Part shown: in pieces, positions 1 to 14,229 of the stretch | How the letters are laid out: each line of letters begins with the position of its first letter | Position numbering within the stretch: position 1 is the stretch's first letter | From: Eledone cirrhosa | Taxonomy: Eukaryota | Direction of reading: 5' to 3' | DNA: 64,000 nucleotides | Assembly: GCA_964016885.1 (NCBI GenBank) | Contig: OZ024740.1 | Coordinates: 416,020,001 to 416,084,000, forward strand | Position numbers and translations under genes: made by a program | Notes under the pieces: model-generated | Database searches by the model: none | What the model saw: the letters and a program-made list of their open reading frames with translations, nothing else | Told to the model about the DNA's origin: nothing

Positions 1-3000
1 TAAATTTATTTACTACTCAAACCTTTAGAATTGCTAAATTTATTAACTACTCAAACCTTTAGAATTGCTAAATTTATTAACTATTCAAACCTATAGAATT
101 GCTAAAATTATTTACTACTCAAACCTTTAGAATTGCTAAATTTATTTACTACTCAAACTTTTAGAATTGCTAAATGTATTTACTACTCAAACCTTTAGAA
201 TTGCTAAATTTATTTACTACTCAAACCTTTAGAATTGCTAAATTTATTAACTACACAAACCTTTAGAATTGCTAAACGTATTTACTACTCAAACCTTTGG
301 AATTGCTAAATATATTTACTACTCAAACCTTTAGAATTGCTAAATTTATTAACTACTCAAACCTTTAGAATTGCTAAATTTATTAACTATTCAAACCTAT
401 AGAATTGCTAAAATTATTTACTACTCAAACCTTTAGAATTGCTAAATTTATTTACTAGTCACACCTTTAGAATTGCTAAATGTATTTACTACTCAAACCT
501 TTAGAATTGCTAAATGTATTTACTACTCAAACCTTTGGAATTGCTAAATTTATTTACTACTCAAACCTTTAGAATTGCTAAATTTATTTACTACTCAAAC
601 CTTTTGAATTGATGAATTTATTTACTACTCAAACCTTTAGAATTGCTAAATTTATTTACTACTCAAACCTTTAGAATTGCTAAATTTATTCAATACTCAA
701 ACCTTTAGAATTGCTAAATTTATTTACTACTCAAACCTTTAGAATTGCTAAATTTATTAACTACTCAAACCTTTAGAATTGCTCAAATTATTTACTACTC
801 AAACCTTTGGAATTGCTAAATTTATTTACTATTCAAACCTTTAGAATTGCTAAATTTATTTACTAGTCACACCTTTAGAATTGCTAAATGTATTTACTAC
901 TCAAACCTTTAGAATTGCTAAATGTATTTACTACTCAAACCTTTGGAATTGCTAAATTTATTTACTACTCAAACCTTTAGAACTGCTAAATTTATTTACT
1001 ACTCAAACCTTTAGAATTGCTAAATGTATTTACTACTCAAACCTTTTGAATTGATGAATTTATTTACTACTCAAACCTTTAGAATTGCTAAATTTATTTA
1101 CTACTCAAACCTTTAGAATTGCTAAATTTATTACTACTCAAACCTTTAGAATTGCTAAATTTATTAACTACTCAAACCTTTAGAATTGCTAAATTTATTC
1201 ACTACTCAAACCTTTAGAATTGCTAAATTTATTCACTACTCAAACGTTTTGAATTGCTAAATTTATTTACTACTCAAACCTTTAGAATTGCTAAATTTAT
1301 TTACTATTCAAACCTTTAGAATTGCTAAATTTATTAACTACTCAAACCTTTAGAATTGCTAAATGTATTTACTACTCAAACCTTTGGAATTGCTAAATTT
1401 ATTACTACTCAAACCTTTAGAATTGCTAAATTTATTAACTACTCAAACCTTTAGAATTGCTAAATTTATTCACTACTCAAACCTTTTGAATTGCTAAATT
1501 TATTTACTACTCAAACCTTTAGAATTGCTAAATTTATTAACTACTCAAATCTTTAGAATTGCTCAAATTATTTACTACTCAAACCTTTAGAATTGCTAAA
1601 TTTATTAACTATTCAAACCTATAGAATTGCTAAAATTATTTACTACTCAAACCTTTAGAATTGCTAAATTTATTTACTACTCAAACCTTTAGAATTGATA
1701 AATTTATTTACTACTCAAACCTTTAGAATTGCTAAATTTATTTACTATTCAATCCTTTAGAATTGCTAAATTTATTTACTACTCAAACCTTTAGAATTGA
1801 TGAATTTATTTACTACTCAAACCTTTAGAATTGCTAAATTTATTTACTACTCAAACCTTTAGAATTGCTAAATTTATTACTACTCAAACCTTTAGAATTG
1901 CTAAATTTATTAACTACTCAAACCTTTAGAATTGCTAAATTTATTTACTACTCAAACCTTTAGAATTGCTAAATTTATTCACTACTCAAACCTTTAGAAT
2001 TGCTAAATTTATTCACTACTCAAACCTTTTGAATTGCTAAATTTATTTACTACTCAAACCTTTAGAATTGCTAAATGTATTTACTACTCACACCTTTAGA
2101 ATTGCTAAATTTATTTACTAATCAAACCTTTAGAATTGCTAAATTTATTTACTATTCAAACCTTTAGAATTGCTAAATTTATTTACTAGTCACACCTTTA
2201 GAATTGCTAAATGTATTTACTACTCATACCTTTAGAATTGCTAAATTTATTTACTACTCAAACCTTTAGAATTGCTAAATTTATTTACTACTCAAACCTT
2301 TAGAATTGCTAAATTTATTAACTACTCAAACCTTTAGAATTGCTAAATGATTTACTACTCAAACCTTTGGAATTGCTAAATTTATTACTACTCAAACCTT
2401 TAGAATTGCTAAAGTATTAACTACTCAAACCTTTAGAATTGCTAAATTTATTTACTACTCAAACCTTTAGAATTGCTAAATTTATTCACTACTCAAACTT
2501 TTAGAATTGCTCAAATTATTTACTACTCAAACCTTTAGAATTGCTAAATTTATTTACTACTCAAACCTTTAGAATTGCTAAATTTATTTACTACTCAAAC
2601 CATTAGAATTGATAAATTTATTTACTACTCAAACCTTTAGAATTGCTAAATTTATTTACTACTCAAACCTTTTGAATTGCTAAATTTATTCACTACTCAA
2701 ACCTTTAGAATTGCTAAATTTATTCACGACAGAAACCTTTAGAATTGCTAAATTTATTTCCTACTCAAACCTTTAGAATTGCTAAATTTATTTACTAGTC
2801 ACACCTTTAGAATTGCTAAATTTATTCACGACAGAAACCTTTAGAATTGCTAAATTTATTTCCTACTCAAACCTTTAGAATTGCTAAATGTATTTACTAC
2901 TCAAACCTTTGGAATTGCTAAATTTATTACTACTCAAACCTTTAGAATTGCTAAATTTATTAACTACTCAAACCTTTAGAATTGCTAAATTTATTCACTA

Positions 3001-6000
3001 CTCAAACCTTTTGAATTGCTAAATTTATTTACTACTCAAACCTTTAGAATTGCTAAATTTATTAACTACTCAAATCTTTAGAATTGCTCAAATTATTTAC
3101 TACTCAAACCTTTAGAATTGCTAAATTTATTTACTACTCAAACCTTTAGAATTGCTAAATTTATTTACTACTCAAACCTTTAGAATTGCTAAATGTATTT
3201 ACTACTAACACCTTTAGAATTGCTAAATTTATTTACTACTCAAACATTTAGAATTGCTAAACGTATTTACTACTCAAACCTTTGGAATTGCTAAATTTAT
3301 TTACTACTCAAACCTTTAGAATTGCTAAATTTATTAACTACTCAAACCTTTAGAATTGCTAAATTTATTAACTATTCAAACCTATAGAATTGCTAAAATT
3401 ATTTACTACTCAAACCTTTAGAATTGCTAAATTTATTTACTACTCAAACTTTTAGAATTGCTAAATGTATTTACTACTCAAACCTTTAGAATTGCTAAAT
3501 TTATTTACTACTCAAACCTTTAGAATTGCTAAATTTATTAACTACACAAACCTTTAGAATTGCTAAACGTATTTACTACTCAAACCTTTGGAATTGCTAA
3601 ATATATTTACTACTCAAACCTTTAGAATTGCTAAATTTATTAACTACTCAAACCTTTAGAATTGCTAAATTTATTAACTATTCAAACCTATAGAATTGCT
3701 AAAATTATTTACTACTCAAACCTTTAGAATTGCTAAATTTATTTACTAGTCACACCTTTAGAATTGCTAAATGTATTTACTACTCAAACCTTTAGAATTG
3801 CTAAATGTATTTACTACTCAAACCTTTGGAATTGCTAAATTTATTTACTACTCAAACCTTTAGAATTGCTAAATTTATTTACTACTCAAACCTTTTGAAT
3901 TGATGAATTTATTTACTACTCAAACCTTTAGAATTGCTAAATTTATTTACTACTCAAACCTTTAGAATTGCTAAATTTATTCAATACTCAAACCTTTAGA
4001 ATTGCTAAATTTATTTACTACTCAAACCTTTAGAATTGCTAAATTTATTAACTACTCAAACCTTTAGAATTGCTCAAATTATTTACTACTCAAACCTTTG
4101 GAATTGCTAAATTTATTTACTATTCAAACCTTTAGAATTGCTAAATTTATTTACTAGTCACACCTTTAGAATTGCTAAATGTATTTACTACTCAAACCTT
4201 TAGAATTGCTAAATGTATTTACTACTCAAACCTTTGGAATTGCTAAATTTATTTACTACTCAAACCTTTAGAACTGCTAAATTTATTTACTACTCAAACC
4301 TTTTGAATTGATGAATTTATTTACTACTCAAACCTTTAGAATTGCTAAATTTATTTACTACTCAAACCTTTAGAATTGCTAAATTTATTACTACTCAAAC
4401 CTTTAGAATTGCTAAATTTATTAACTACTCAAACCTTTAGAATTGCTAAATTTATTCACTACTCAAACCTTTAGAATTGCTAAATTTATTCACTACTCAA
4501 ACGTTTTGAATTGCTAAATTTATTTACTACTCAAACCTTTAGAATTGCTAAATTTATTTACTATTCAAACCTTTAGAATTGCTAAATTTATTAACTACTC
4601 AAACCTTTAGAATTGCTAAATGTATTTACTACTCAAACCTTTGGAATTGCTAAATTTATTACTACTCAAACCTTTAGAATTGCTAAATTTATTAACTACT
4701 CAAACCTTTAGAATTGCTAAATTTATTCACTACTCAAACCTTTTGAATTGCTAAATTTATTTACTACTCAAACCTTTAGAATTGCTAAATTTATTAACTA
4801 CTCAAATCTTTAGAATTGCTCAAATTATTTACTACTCAAACCTTTAGAATTGCTAAATTTATTAACTATTCAAACCTATAGAATTGCTAAAATTATTTAC
4901 TACTCAAACCTTTAGAATTGCTAAATTTATTTACTACTCAAACCTTTAGAATTGATAAATTTATTTACTACTCAAACCTTTAGAATTGCTAAATTTATTT
5001 ACTATTCAATCCTTTAGAATTGCTAAATTTATTTACTACTCAAACCTTTAGAATTGATGAATTTATTTACTACTCAAACCTTTAGAATTGCTAAATTTAT
5101 TTACTACTCAAACCTTTAGAATTGCTAAATTTATTACTACTCAAACCTTTAGAATTGCTAAATTTATTAACTACTCAAACCTTTAGAATTGCTAAATTTA
5201 TTTACTACTCAAACCTTTAGAATTGCTAAATTTATTCACTACTCAAACCTTTAGAATTGCTAAATTTATTCACTACTCAAACCTTTTGAATTGCTAAATT
5301 TATTTACTACTCAAACCTTTAGAATTGCTAAATGTATTTACTACTCACACCTTTAGAATTGCTAAATTTATTTACTAATCAAACCTTTAGAATTGCTAAA
5401 TTTATTTACTATTCAAACCTTTAGAATTGCTAAATTTATTTACTAGTCACACCTTTAGAATTGCTAAATGTATTTACTACTCATACCTTTAGAATTGCTA
5501 AATTTATTTACTACTCAAACCTTTAGAATTGCTAAATTTATTTACTACTCAAACCTTTAGAATTGCTAAATTTATTAACTACTCAAACCTTTAGAATTGC
5601 TAAATGATTTACTACTCAAACCTTTGGAATTGCTAAATTTATTACTACTCAAACCTTTAGAATTGCTAAAGTATTAACTACTCAAACCTTTAGAATTGCT
5701 AAATTTATTTACTACTCAAACCTTTAGAATTGCTAAATTTATTCACTACTCAAACTTTTAGAATTGCTCAAATTATTTACTACTCAAACCTTTAGAATTG
5801 CTAAATTTATTTACTACTCAAACCTTTAGAATTGCTAAATTTATTTACTACTCAAACCATTAGAATTGATAAATTTATTTACTACTCAAACCTTTAGAAT
5901 TGCTAAATTTATTTACTACTCAAACCTTTTGAATTGCTAAATTTATTCACTACTCAAACCTTTAGAATTGCTAAATTTATTCACGACAGAAACCTTTAGA

Positions 6001-6070
6001 ATTGCTAAATTTATTTCCTACTCAAACCTTTAGAATTGCTAAATTTATTTACTAGTCACACCTTTAGAAT
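1..6070 (+). repeat. Higher-order duplication, offset 3291 bp, then 3257 bp after a one-monomer indel
   Basis: CTACACAAAC at 251 and 3542, and AACTGCT at 981 and 4272 (offset 3291). CGTTTTG at 1245 and 4502, and CACGACAGAAAC at 2725 and 5982 (offset 3257). The first copy may start left of the window. Confidence 0.9.
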
Positions 6071-6499
6071 TGCTAAATGTATTTACTACTCAAACCTTTA
6101 GAATTGCTAAATGTATTTACTACTCAAACCTTTGGAATTGCTAAATTTATTTACTACTCAAACCTTTAGAATTGCTAAATTTATTTACTACTCAAACCTT
6201 TTGAATTGATGAATTTATTTACTACTCAAACCTTTAGAATTGCTAAATTTATTTACTACTCAAACCATTAGAATTGCTAAATTTATTACTACTCTAACCT
6301 TTAGAATTGCTAAATTTATTAACTACTCAAACCTTTAGAATTGCTAAATTTATTCACTACTCAAACCTTTAGAATTGCTAAATTTATTCACTACTCAAAC
6401 GTTTTGGATTGCTAAATTTATTTACTACTCAAACCTTTAGAATTGCTAAATTTATTTACTATTCAAACCTTTAGAATTTCTAAATTTATTAACTACTCA

Positions 6500-9400
6500 A
6501 GCCTTTAGAATTGCTAAATGTATTTACTACTCAAACCTTTGGAATTGCTAAATTTATTACTACTCAAACCTTTAGAAATGCTAAATTTATTAACTACTCA
6601 AACCTTTAGAATTGCTAAATTTATTCACTACTCAAACCTTTTGAATTGCTAAATTTATTTACTACTCAAACCTTTAGAATTGCTAAATTTATTAACTACT
6701 CAAATCTTTAGAATTGCTCAAATTATTTACTACTCAAACCTTTAGAATTGCTAAATTTATTTACTATTCAAACCTTTAGAATTGCTAAATTTATTTACTA
6801 CTCAAACCTTTAGAATTGCTAAATGTATTTACTACTAACACCTTTAGAATTGCTAAATTTATTTACTACTCAAACCTTTAGAATTGCTAAATTTATTTAC
6901 TACTGAAACCTTTAGAATTGCTAAATTTATTAACTACTCAAACCTTTAGAATTGCTAAACGTATTTACTACTCAAACCTTTGGAATTGCTAAATTTATTT
7001 ACTACTCAAACCTTTAGAATTGCTAAATTTATTAACTACTCAAACCTTTAGAATTGCTAAATTTATTAACTATTCAAACCTATAGAATTGCTAAAATTAT
7101 TTACTACTCAAACCTTTAGAATTGCTAAATTTATTTACTACTCAAACCTTTAGAATTGATAAATTTATTTACTACTCAAACCTTTAGAATTGCTAAATTT
7201 ATTTACTATTCAATCCTTTAGAATTGCTAAATTTATTTACTACTCAAACCTTTAGAATTGCTAAATTTATTTACTATTCAAACCTTTAGAATTGATGAAT
7301 TTATTTACTACTCAAACCTTTAGAATTGCTAAATTTATTTAATACTCAAACCTTTAGAATTGCTAAATTTATTACTACTCAAACCTTTAGAATTGCTAAA
7401 TTTATTAACTACTCAAACCTTTAGAATTGCTAAATTTATTTACTACTCAAACCTTTAGAATTGCTAAATTTATTCACTACTCAAACCTTTAGAATTGCTA
7501 AATTTATTCACTACTCAAACCTTTAGAATTGCTAAATTTATTCACTACTCAAACCTTTTGAATTGCTAAATTTATTTACTACTCAAACCTTTAGAATTGC
7601 TAAATTTATTTACTATTCAAACCTTTAGAATTGCTAAATTTATTTACTAGTCACACGTTTAGAATTGCTAAATGTATTTACTACTCACACCTTTAGAATT
7701 GCTAAATTTATTTACTAATCAAACCTTTAGAATTGCTAAATTTATTTACTATTCAAACCTTTAGAATTGCTAAATTTATTTACTAGTCACACCTTTAGAA
7801 TTGCTAAATGTATTTACTACTCATACCTTTAGAATTGCTAAATTTATTTACTACTCAAACCTTTAGAATTGCTAAATTTATTTACTACTCAAACCTTTAG
7901 AATTGCTAAATTTATTAACTACTCAAACCTTTAGAATTGCTAAATGATTTACTACTCAAACCTTTGGAATTGCTAAATTTATTACTACTCAAACCTTTAG
8001 AATTGCTAAAGTATTAACTACTCAAACCTTTAGAATTGCTAAATTTATTTACTACTCAAACCTTTAGAATTGCTAAATTTATTCACTACTCAAACCTTTA
8101 GAATTGCTAAATTTATTCACTACTCAAACTTTTAGAATTGCTCAAATTATTTACTACTCAAACCTTTAGAATTGCTAAATTTATTTACTACTCAAACCTT
8201 TAGAATTGCTAAATTTATTTACTACTCAAACCATTAGAATTGATAAATTTATTTACTACTCAAACCTTTAGAATTGCTAAATTTATTACTAGTCAAACCT
8301 TTAGAATTTCTAAATTTATTAACTACTCAAACCTTTAGAATTGCTAAATTTATTTACTACTCAAACCTTTAGAATTGCTAAATTTATTTACTACTCAAAC
8401 CTTTTGAATTGCTAAATTTATTCACTACTCAAACCTTTAGAATTGCTAAATTTATTCACGACAGAAACCTTTAGAATTGCTAAATTTATTTCCTACTCAA
8501 ACCTTTAGAATTGCTAAATTTATTTACTAGTCACACCTTTAGAATTGCTAAATGTATTTACTACTCAAACCTTTAGAATTGCTAAATGTATTTACTACTC
8601 AAACCTTTGGAATTGCTAAATTTATTTACTACTCAAACCTTTAGAATTGCTAAATTTATTTACTACTCAAACCTTTTGAATTGATGAATTTATTTACTAC
8701 TCAAACCTTTAGAATTGCTAAATTTATTAACTACTTAAACCTTTAGAATTGCTAAATGTATTTACTACTCAAACCTTTGGAATTGCTAAATTTATTACTA
8801 CTCAAACCTTTAGAATTGCTAAATTTATTAACTACTCAAACCTTTAGAATTGCTAAATTTATTCACTACTCAAACCTTTTGAATTGCTAAATTTATTTAC
8901 TACTCAAACCTTTAGAATTGCTAAATTTATTAACTACTCAAATCTTTAGAATTGCTCAAATTATTTACTACTCAAACCTTTAGAATTGCTAAATTTATTT
9001 ACTATTCAAACCTTTAGAATTGCTAAATTTATTTACTACTCAAACCTTTAGAATTGCTAAATGTATTTACTACTAACACCTTTAGAATTGCTAAATTTAT
9101 TTACTACTCAAACCTTTAGAATTGCTAAATTTATTTACTACTCAAACCTTTAGAATTGCTAAATTTATTAACTACTCAAACCTTTAGAATTGCTAAACGT
9201 ATTTACTACTCAAACCTTTGGAATTGCTAAATTTATTTACTACTCAAACCTTTAGAATTGCTAAATTTATTAACTACTCAAACCTTTAGAATTGCTAAAT
9301 TTATTAACTATTCAAACCTATAGAATTGCTAAAATTATTTACTACTCAAACCTTTAGAATTGCTAAATTTATTTACTACTCAAACCTTTAGAATTGATAA

Positions 9401-12400
9401 ATTTATTTACTACTCAAACCTTTAGAATTGCTAAATTTATTTACTATTCAATCCTTTAGAATTGCTAAATTTATTTACTACTCAAACCTTTAGAATTGCT
9501 AAATTTATTTACTATTCAAACCTTTAGAATTGATGAATTTATTTACTACTCAAACCTTTAGAATTGCTAAATTTATTTAATACTCAAACCTTTAGAATTG
9601 CTAAATTTATTACTACTCAAACCTTTAGAATTGCTAAATTTATTATCTACTCAAACCTTTAGAATTGCTAAATTTATTTACTACTCAAACCTTTAGAATT
9701 GCTAAATTTATTCACTACTCAAACCTTTAGAATTGCTAAATTTATTCACTACTCAAACCTTTTGAATTGCTAAATTTATTTACTACTCAAACCTTTAGAA
9801 TTGCTAAATTTATTTACTATTCAAACCTTTAGAATTGCTAAATTTATTTACTAGTCACACGTTTAGAATTGCTAAATGTATTTACTACTCACCTTTAGAA
9901 TTGCTAAATTTATTTACTAATCAAACCTTTAGAATTGCTAAATTTATTTACTATTCAAACCTTTAGAATTGCTAAATTTATTTACTAGTCACACCTTTAG
10001 AATTGCTAAATGTATTTACTACTCATACCTTTAGAATTGCTAAATTTATTTACTACTCAAACCTTTAGAATTGCTAAATTTATTTACTACTCAAACCTTT
10101 AGAATTGCTAAATTTATTTACTACTCAAACCTTTAGAATTGCTAAATTTATTTACTACTCAAACCATTAGAATTGATAAATTTATTTACTACTCAAACCT
10201 TTAGAATTGCTAAATTTATTTACTACTCAAACCTTTAGAATTGCTAAATTTATTACTAGTCAAACCTTTAGAATTTCTAAATTTATTAACTACTCAAACC
10301 TTTAGAATTGCTAAATTTATTTACTACTCAAACCTTTAGAATTGCTAAATTTATTTACTACTCAAACCTTTTGAATTGCTAAATTTATTCACTACTCAAA
10401 CCTTTAGAATTGCTAAATTTATTCACGACAGAAACCTTTAGAATTGCTAAATTTATTTCCTACTCAAACCTTTAGAATTGCTAAATTTATTTACTAGTCA
10501 CACCTTTAGAATTGCTAAATGTATTTACTACTATACCTTTAGAATTGCTAAATGTATTTACTACTCAAACCTTTGGAATTGCTAAATTTATTTACTACTC
10601 AAACCTTTAGAATTGCTAAATTTATTTACTACTCAAACCTTTTGAATTGATGAATTTATTTACTACTCAAACCTTTAGAATTGCTAAATTTATTTACTAC
10701 TCAAACCTTTAGAATTGCTAAATTTATTACTACTCAAACCTTTAGAATTGCTAAATTTATTAACTACTCAAACCTTTAGAATTGATGAATTTATTCACTA
10801 CTCAAACCTTTAGAATTGCTAAATTTATTCACTACTCAAACGTTTTGAATTGCTAAATTTATTTACTACTCAAACCTTTAGAATTGCTAAATTTATTTAC
10901 TATTCAAACCTTTAGAATTGCTAAATTTATTAACTACTTAAACCTTTAGAATTGCTAAATGTATTTACTACTCAAACCTTTGGAATTGCTAAATTTATTA
11001 CTACTCAAACCTTTAGAATTGCTAAATTTATTAACTACTCAAACCTTTAGAATTGCTAAATTTATTCACTACTCAAACCTTTTGAATTGCTAAATTTATT
11101 TACTACTCAAACCTTTAGAATTGCTAAATTTATTAACTACTCAAATCTTTAGAATTGCTCAAATTATTTACTACTCAAACCTTTAGAATTGCTAAATTTA
11201 TTTACTATTCAAACCTTTAGAATTGCTAAATTTATTTACTACTCAAACCTTTAGAATTGCTAAATGTATTTACTACTAACACCTTTAGAATTGCTAAATT
11301 TATTTACTACTCAAACCTTTAGAATTGCTAAATTTATTTACTACTCAAACCTTTAGAATTGCTAAATTTATTAACTACTCAAACCTTTAGAATTGCTAAA
11401 CGTATTTACTACTCAAACCTTTGGAATTGCTAAATTTATTTACTACTCAAACCTTTAGAATTGCTAAATTTATTAACTACTCAAACCTTTAGAATTGCTA
11501 AATTTATTAACTATTCAAACCTATAGAATTGCTAAAATTATTTACTACTCAAACCTTTAGAATTGCTAAATTTATTTACTACTCAAACCTTTAGAATTGA
11601 TAAATTTATTTACTACTCAAACCTTTAGAATTGCTAAATTTATTTACTATTCAATCCTTTAGAATTGCTAAATTTATTTACTACTCAAACCTTTAGAATT
11701 GCTAAATTTATTTACTATTCAAACCTTTAGAATTGATGAATTTATTTACTACTCAAACCTTTAGAATTGCTAAATTTATTTAATACTCAAACCTTTAGAA
11801 TTGCTAAATTTATTACTACTCAAACCTTTAGAATTGCTAAATTTATTAACTACTCAAACCTTTAGAATTGCTAAATTTATTTACTACTCAAACCTTTAGA
11901 ATTGCTAAATTTATTCACTACTCAAACCTTTAGAATTGCTAAATTTATTCACTACTCAAACCTTTTGAATTGCTAAATTTATTTACTACTCAAACCTTTA
12001 GAATTGCTAAATTTATTTACTATTCAAACCTTTAGAATTGCTAAATTTATTTACTAGTCACACGTTTAGAATTGCTAAATGTATTTACTACTCACCTTTA
12101 GAATTGCTAAATTTATTTACTAATCAAACCTTTAGAATTGCTAAATTTATTTACTATTCAAACCTTTAGAATTGCTAAATTTATTTACTAGTCACACCTT
12201 TAGAATTGCTAAATGTATTTACTACTCATACCTTTAGAATTGCTAAATTTATTTACTACTCAAACCTTTAGAATTGCTAAATTTATTTACTACTCAAACC
12301 TTTAGAATTGCTAAATTTATTAACTACTCAAACCTTTAGAATTGCTAAATGATTTACTACTCAAACCTTTGGAATTGCTAAATTTATTACTACTCAAACC

Positions 12401-12900
12401 TTTAGAATTGCTAAAGTATTAACTACTCAAACCTTTAGAATTGCTAGATTTATTTACTACTCAAACCTTTAGAATTGCTAAATTTATTCACTACTCAAAC
12501 CTTTAGAATTGCTAAATTTATTCACTACTCAAACTTTTAGAATTGCTCAAATTATTTACTACTCAAACCTTTAGAATTGCTAAATTTATTTACTACTCAA
12601 ACCTTTAGAATTGCTAAATTTATTTACTACTCAAACCATTAGAATTGATAAATTTATTTACTACTCAAACCTTTAGAATTGCTAAATTTATTTACTACTC
12701 AAACCTTTAGAATTGCTAAATTTATTACTAGTCAAACCTTTAGAATTTCTAAATTTATTAACTACTCAAACCTTTAGAATTGCTAAATTTATTTACTACT
12801 CAAACTTTTAGAATTGCTAAATTTATTTACTACTCAAACCTTTTGAATTGCTAAATTTATTCACTACTCAAACCTTTAGAATTGCTAAATTTATTAACTA
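6500..12900 (+). repeat. Three related ~2.2-kb higher-order blocks
   Basis: AATACTC (TTTAATACTC variant) at 7341, 9579 and 11782. TCACACGTTT at 7651, 9855 and 12058 (offsets 2204 and 2203). The 32-bp CTCACCTTT monomer occurs at ~9888 and ~12091. Confidence 0.8.
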
Positions 12901-14229
12901 CTCAAACCTTTAGAATTGCTAAATGATTTCTACTCAAACCTTTGGAATTGCTAAATTTATTACTACTCAAACCTTTAGAATTGCTAAATTTATTTACTAC
13001 TCAAACCTTTAGAATTGCTAAATTTATTAACTACTCAAATCTTTAGAATTGCTCAAATTATTTACTACTCGAACCTTTAGAATTGCTAAATTTATTTACT
13101 ATTCAAACCTTTAGAATTGCTAAATTTATTTACTACTCAAACCTTTAGAATTGCTAAATGTATTTACTACTAACACCTTTAGAATTGCTAAATTTATTTA
13201 CTACTCAAACCTTTAGAATTGCTAAATTTATTTACTATTCAAACCATTAGTATTGCTAAATTTATTAACTACTCAAACCTTTAGAATTGCTAAACCTATT
13301 TACTACTCAAACCTTTAGAATTGCTAAATTTATTTACTACTCAAACCTTTAGAATTGCTAAATTTATTTACTACTCAAACCATTAGAATTGATGAATTTA
13401 TTTACTACTCAAACCTTTAGAATTGCTAAAAAATTTTACTACTCAAACCTTTAGAATTGCTAAATTTATTACTACTCAAACCTTTAGAATTGCTAAATTT
13501 ATTAACTACTCAAACCTTTAGAATTGCTAAATTTATTTACTACTCAAACCTTTAGAATTGTTAAATTTATTTACTACTCAAACCTTTTGAATTGCTAAAT
13601 TTATTCACTACTCAAACCTTTAGAATTGCTAAATTTATTTACTACTCAAACCTTTAGAATTACTAAATTTATTAAGTACTCAAATCTTTAGAATTGCTCA
13701 AATTATTTACTACTCAAACCTTTAGAATTGCTAAATTTATTACTACTCAAACCTTTAGAATTGCTAAATTTATTAACTACTCAAACCTTTAGAATTGCTA
13801 AATTTATTCACTACTCAACCTTTAGAATTGCTAAATTTATTCACTACTCAAACCTTTTGAATTGCTAAATTTAATTACTACTCAAACCTTTAGAATTGCT
13901 AAATTTATTTACTATTCAAACCTTTAGAATTGCTAAATTTATTAACTACTCAAACCTTTAGAATTGCTAAATGTATTTACTACTCAAACCTTTGGAATTG
14001 CTAAATTTATTACTACTCAAACCTTTAGAATTGTTAAATTTATTAACTACTCAAACCTTTAGAATTGCTAAATTTATTTACTACTTAAACCTTTAGAATT
14101 GCTAAATTTATTTACTACTCAAACCTTTAGAATTGCCAAATGTATTTACTACTAACACCTTTAGAATTGCTAAATTTATTTACTACTCAAACCTTTAGAA
14201 TTGCTAAATTTATTTACTACTCAAACCTT

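Noticed and set aside
24-46. Intrinsic terminator or promoter elements (hairpin followed by T-rich sequence; AATAAA on the minus strand)
   Set aside because: The stem is only 5 bp and AT-rich, such motifs are expected by chance at 76% AT, and there is no associated gene.
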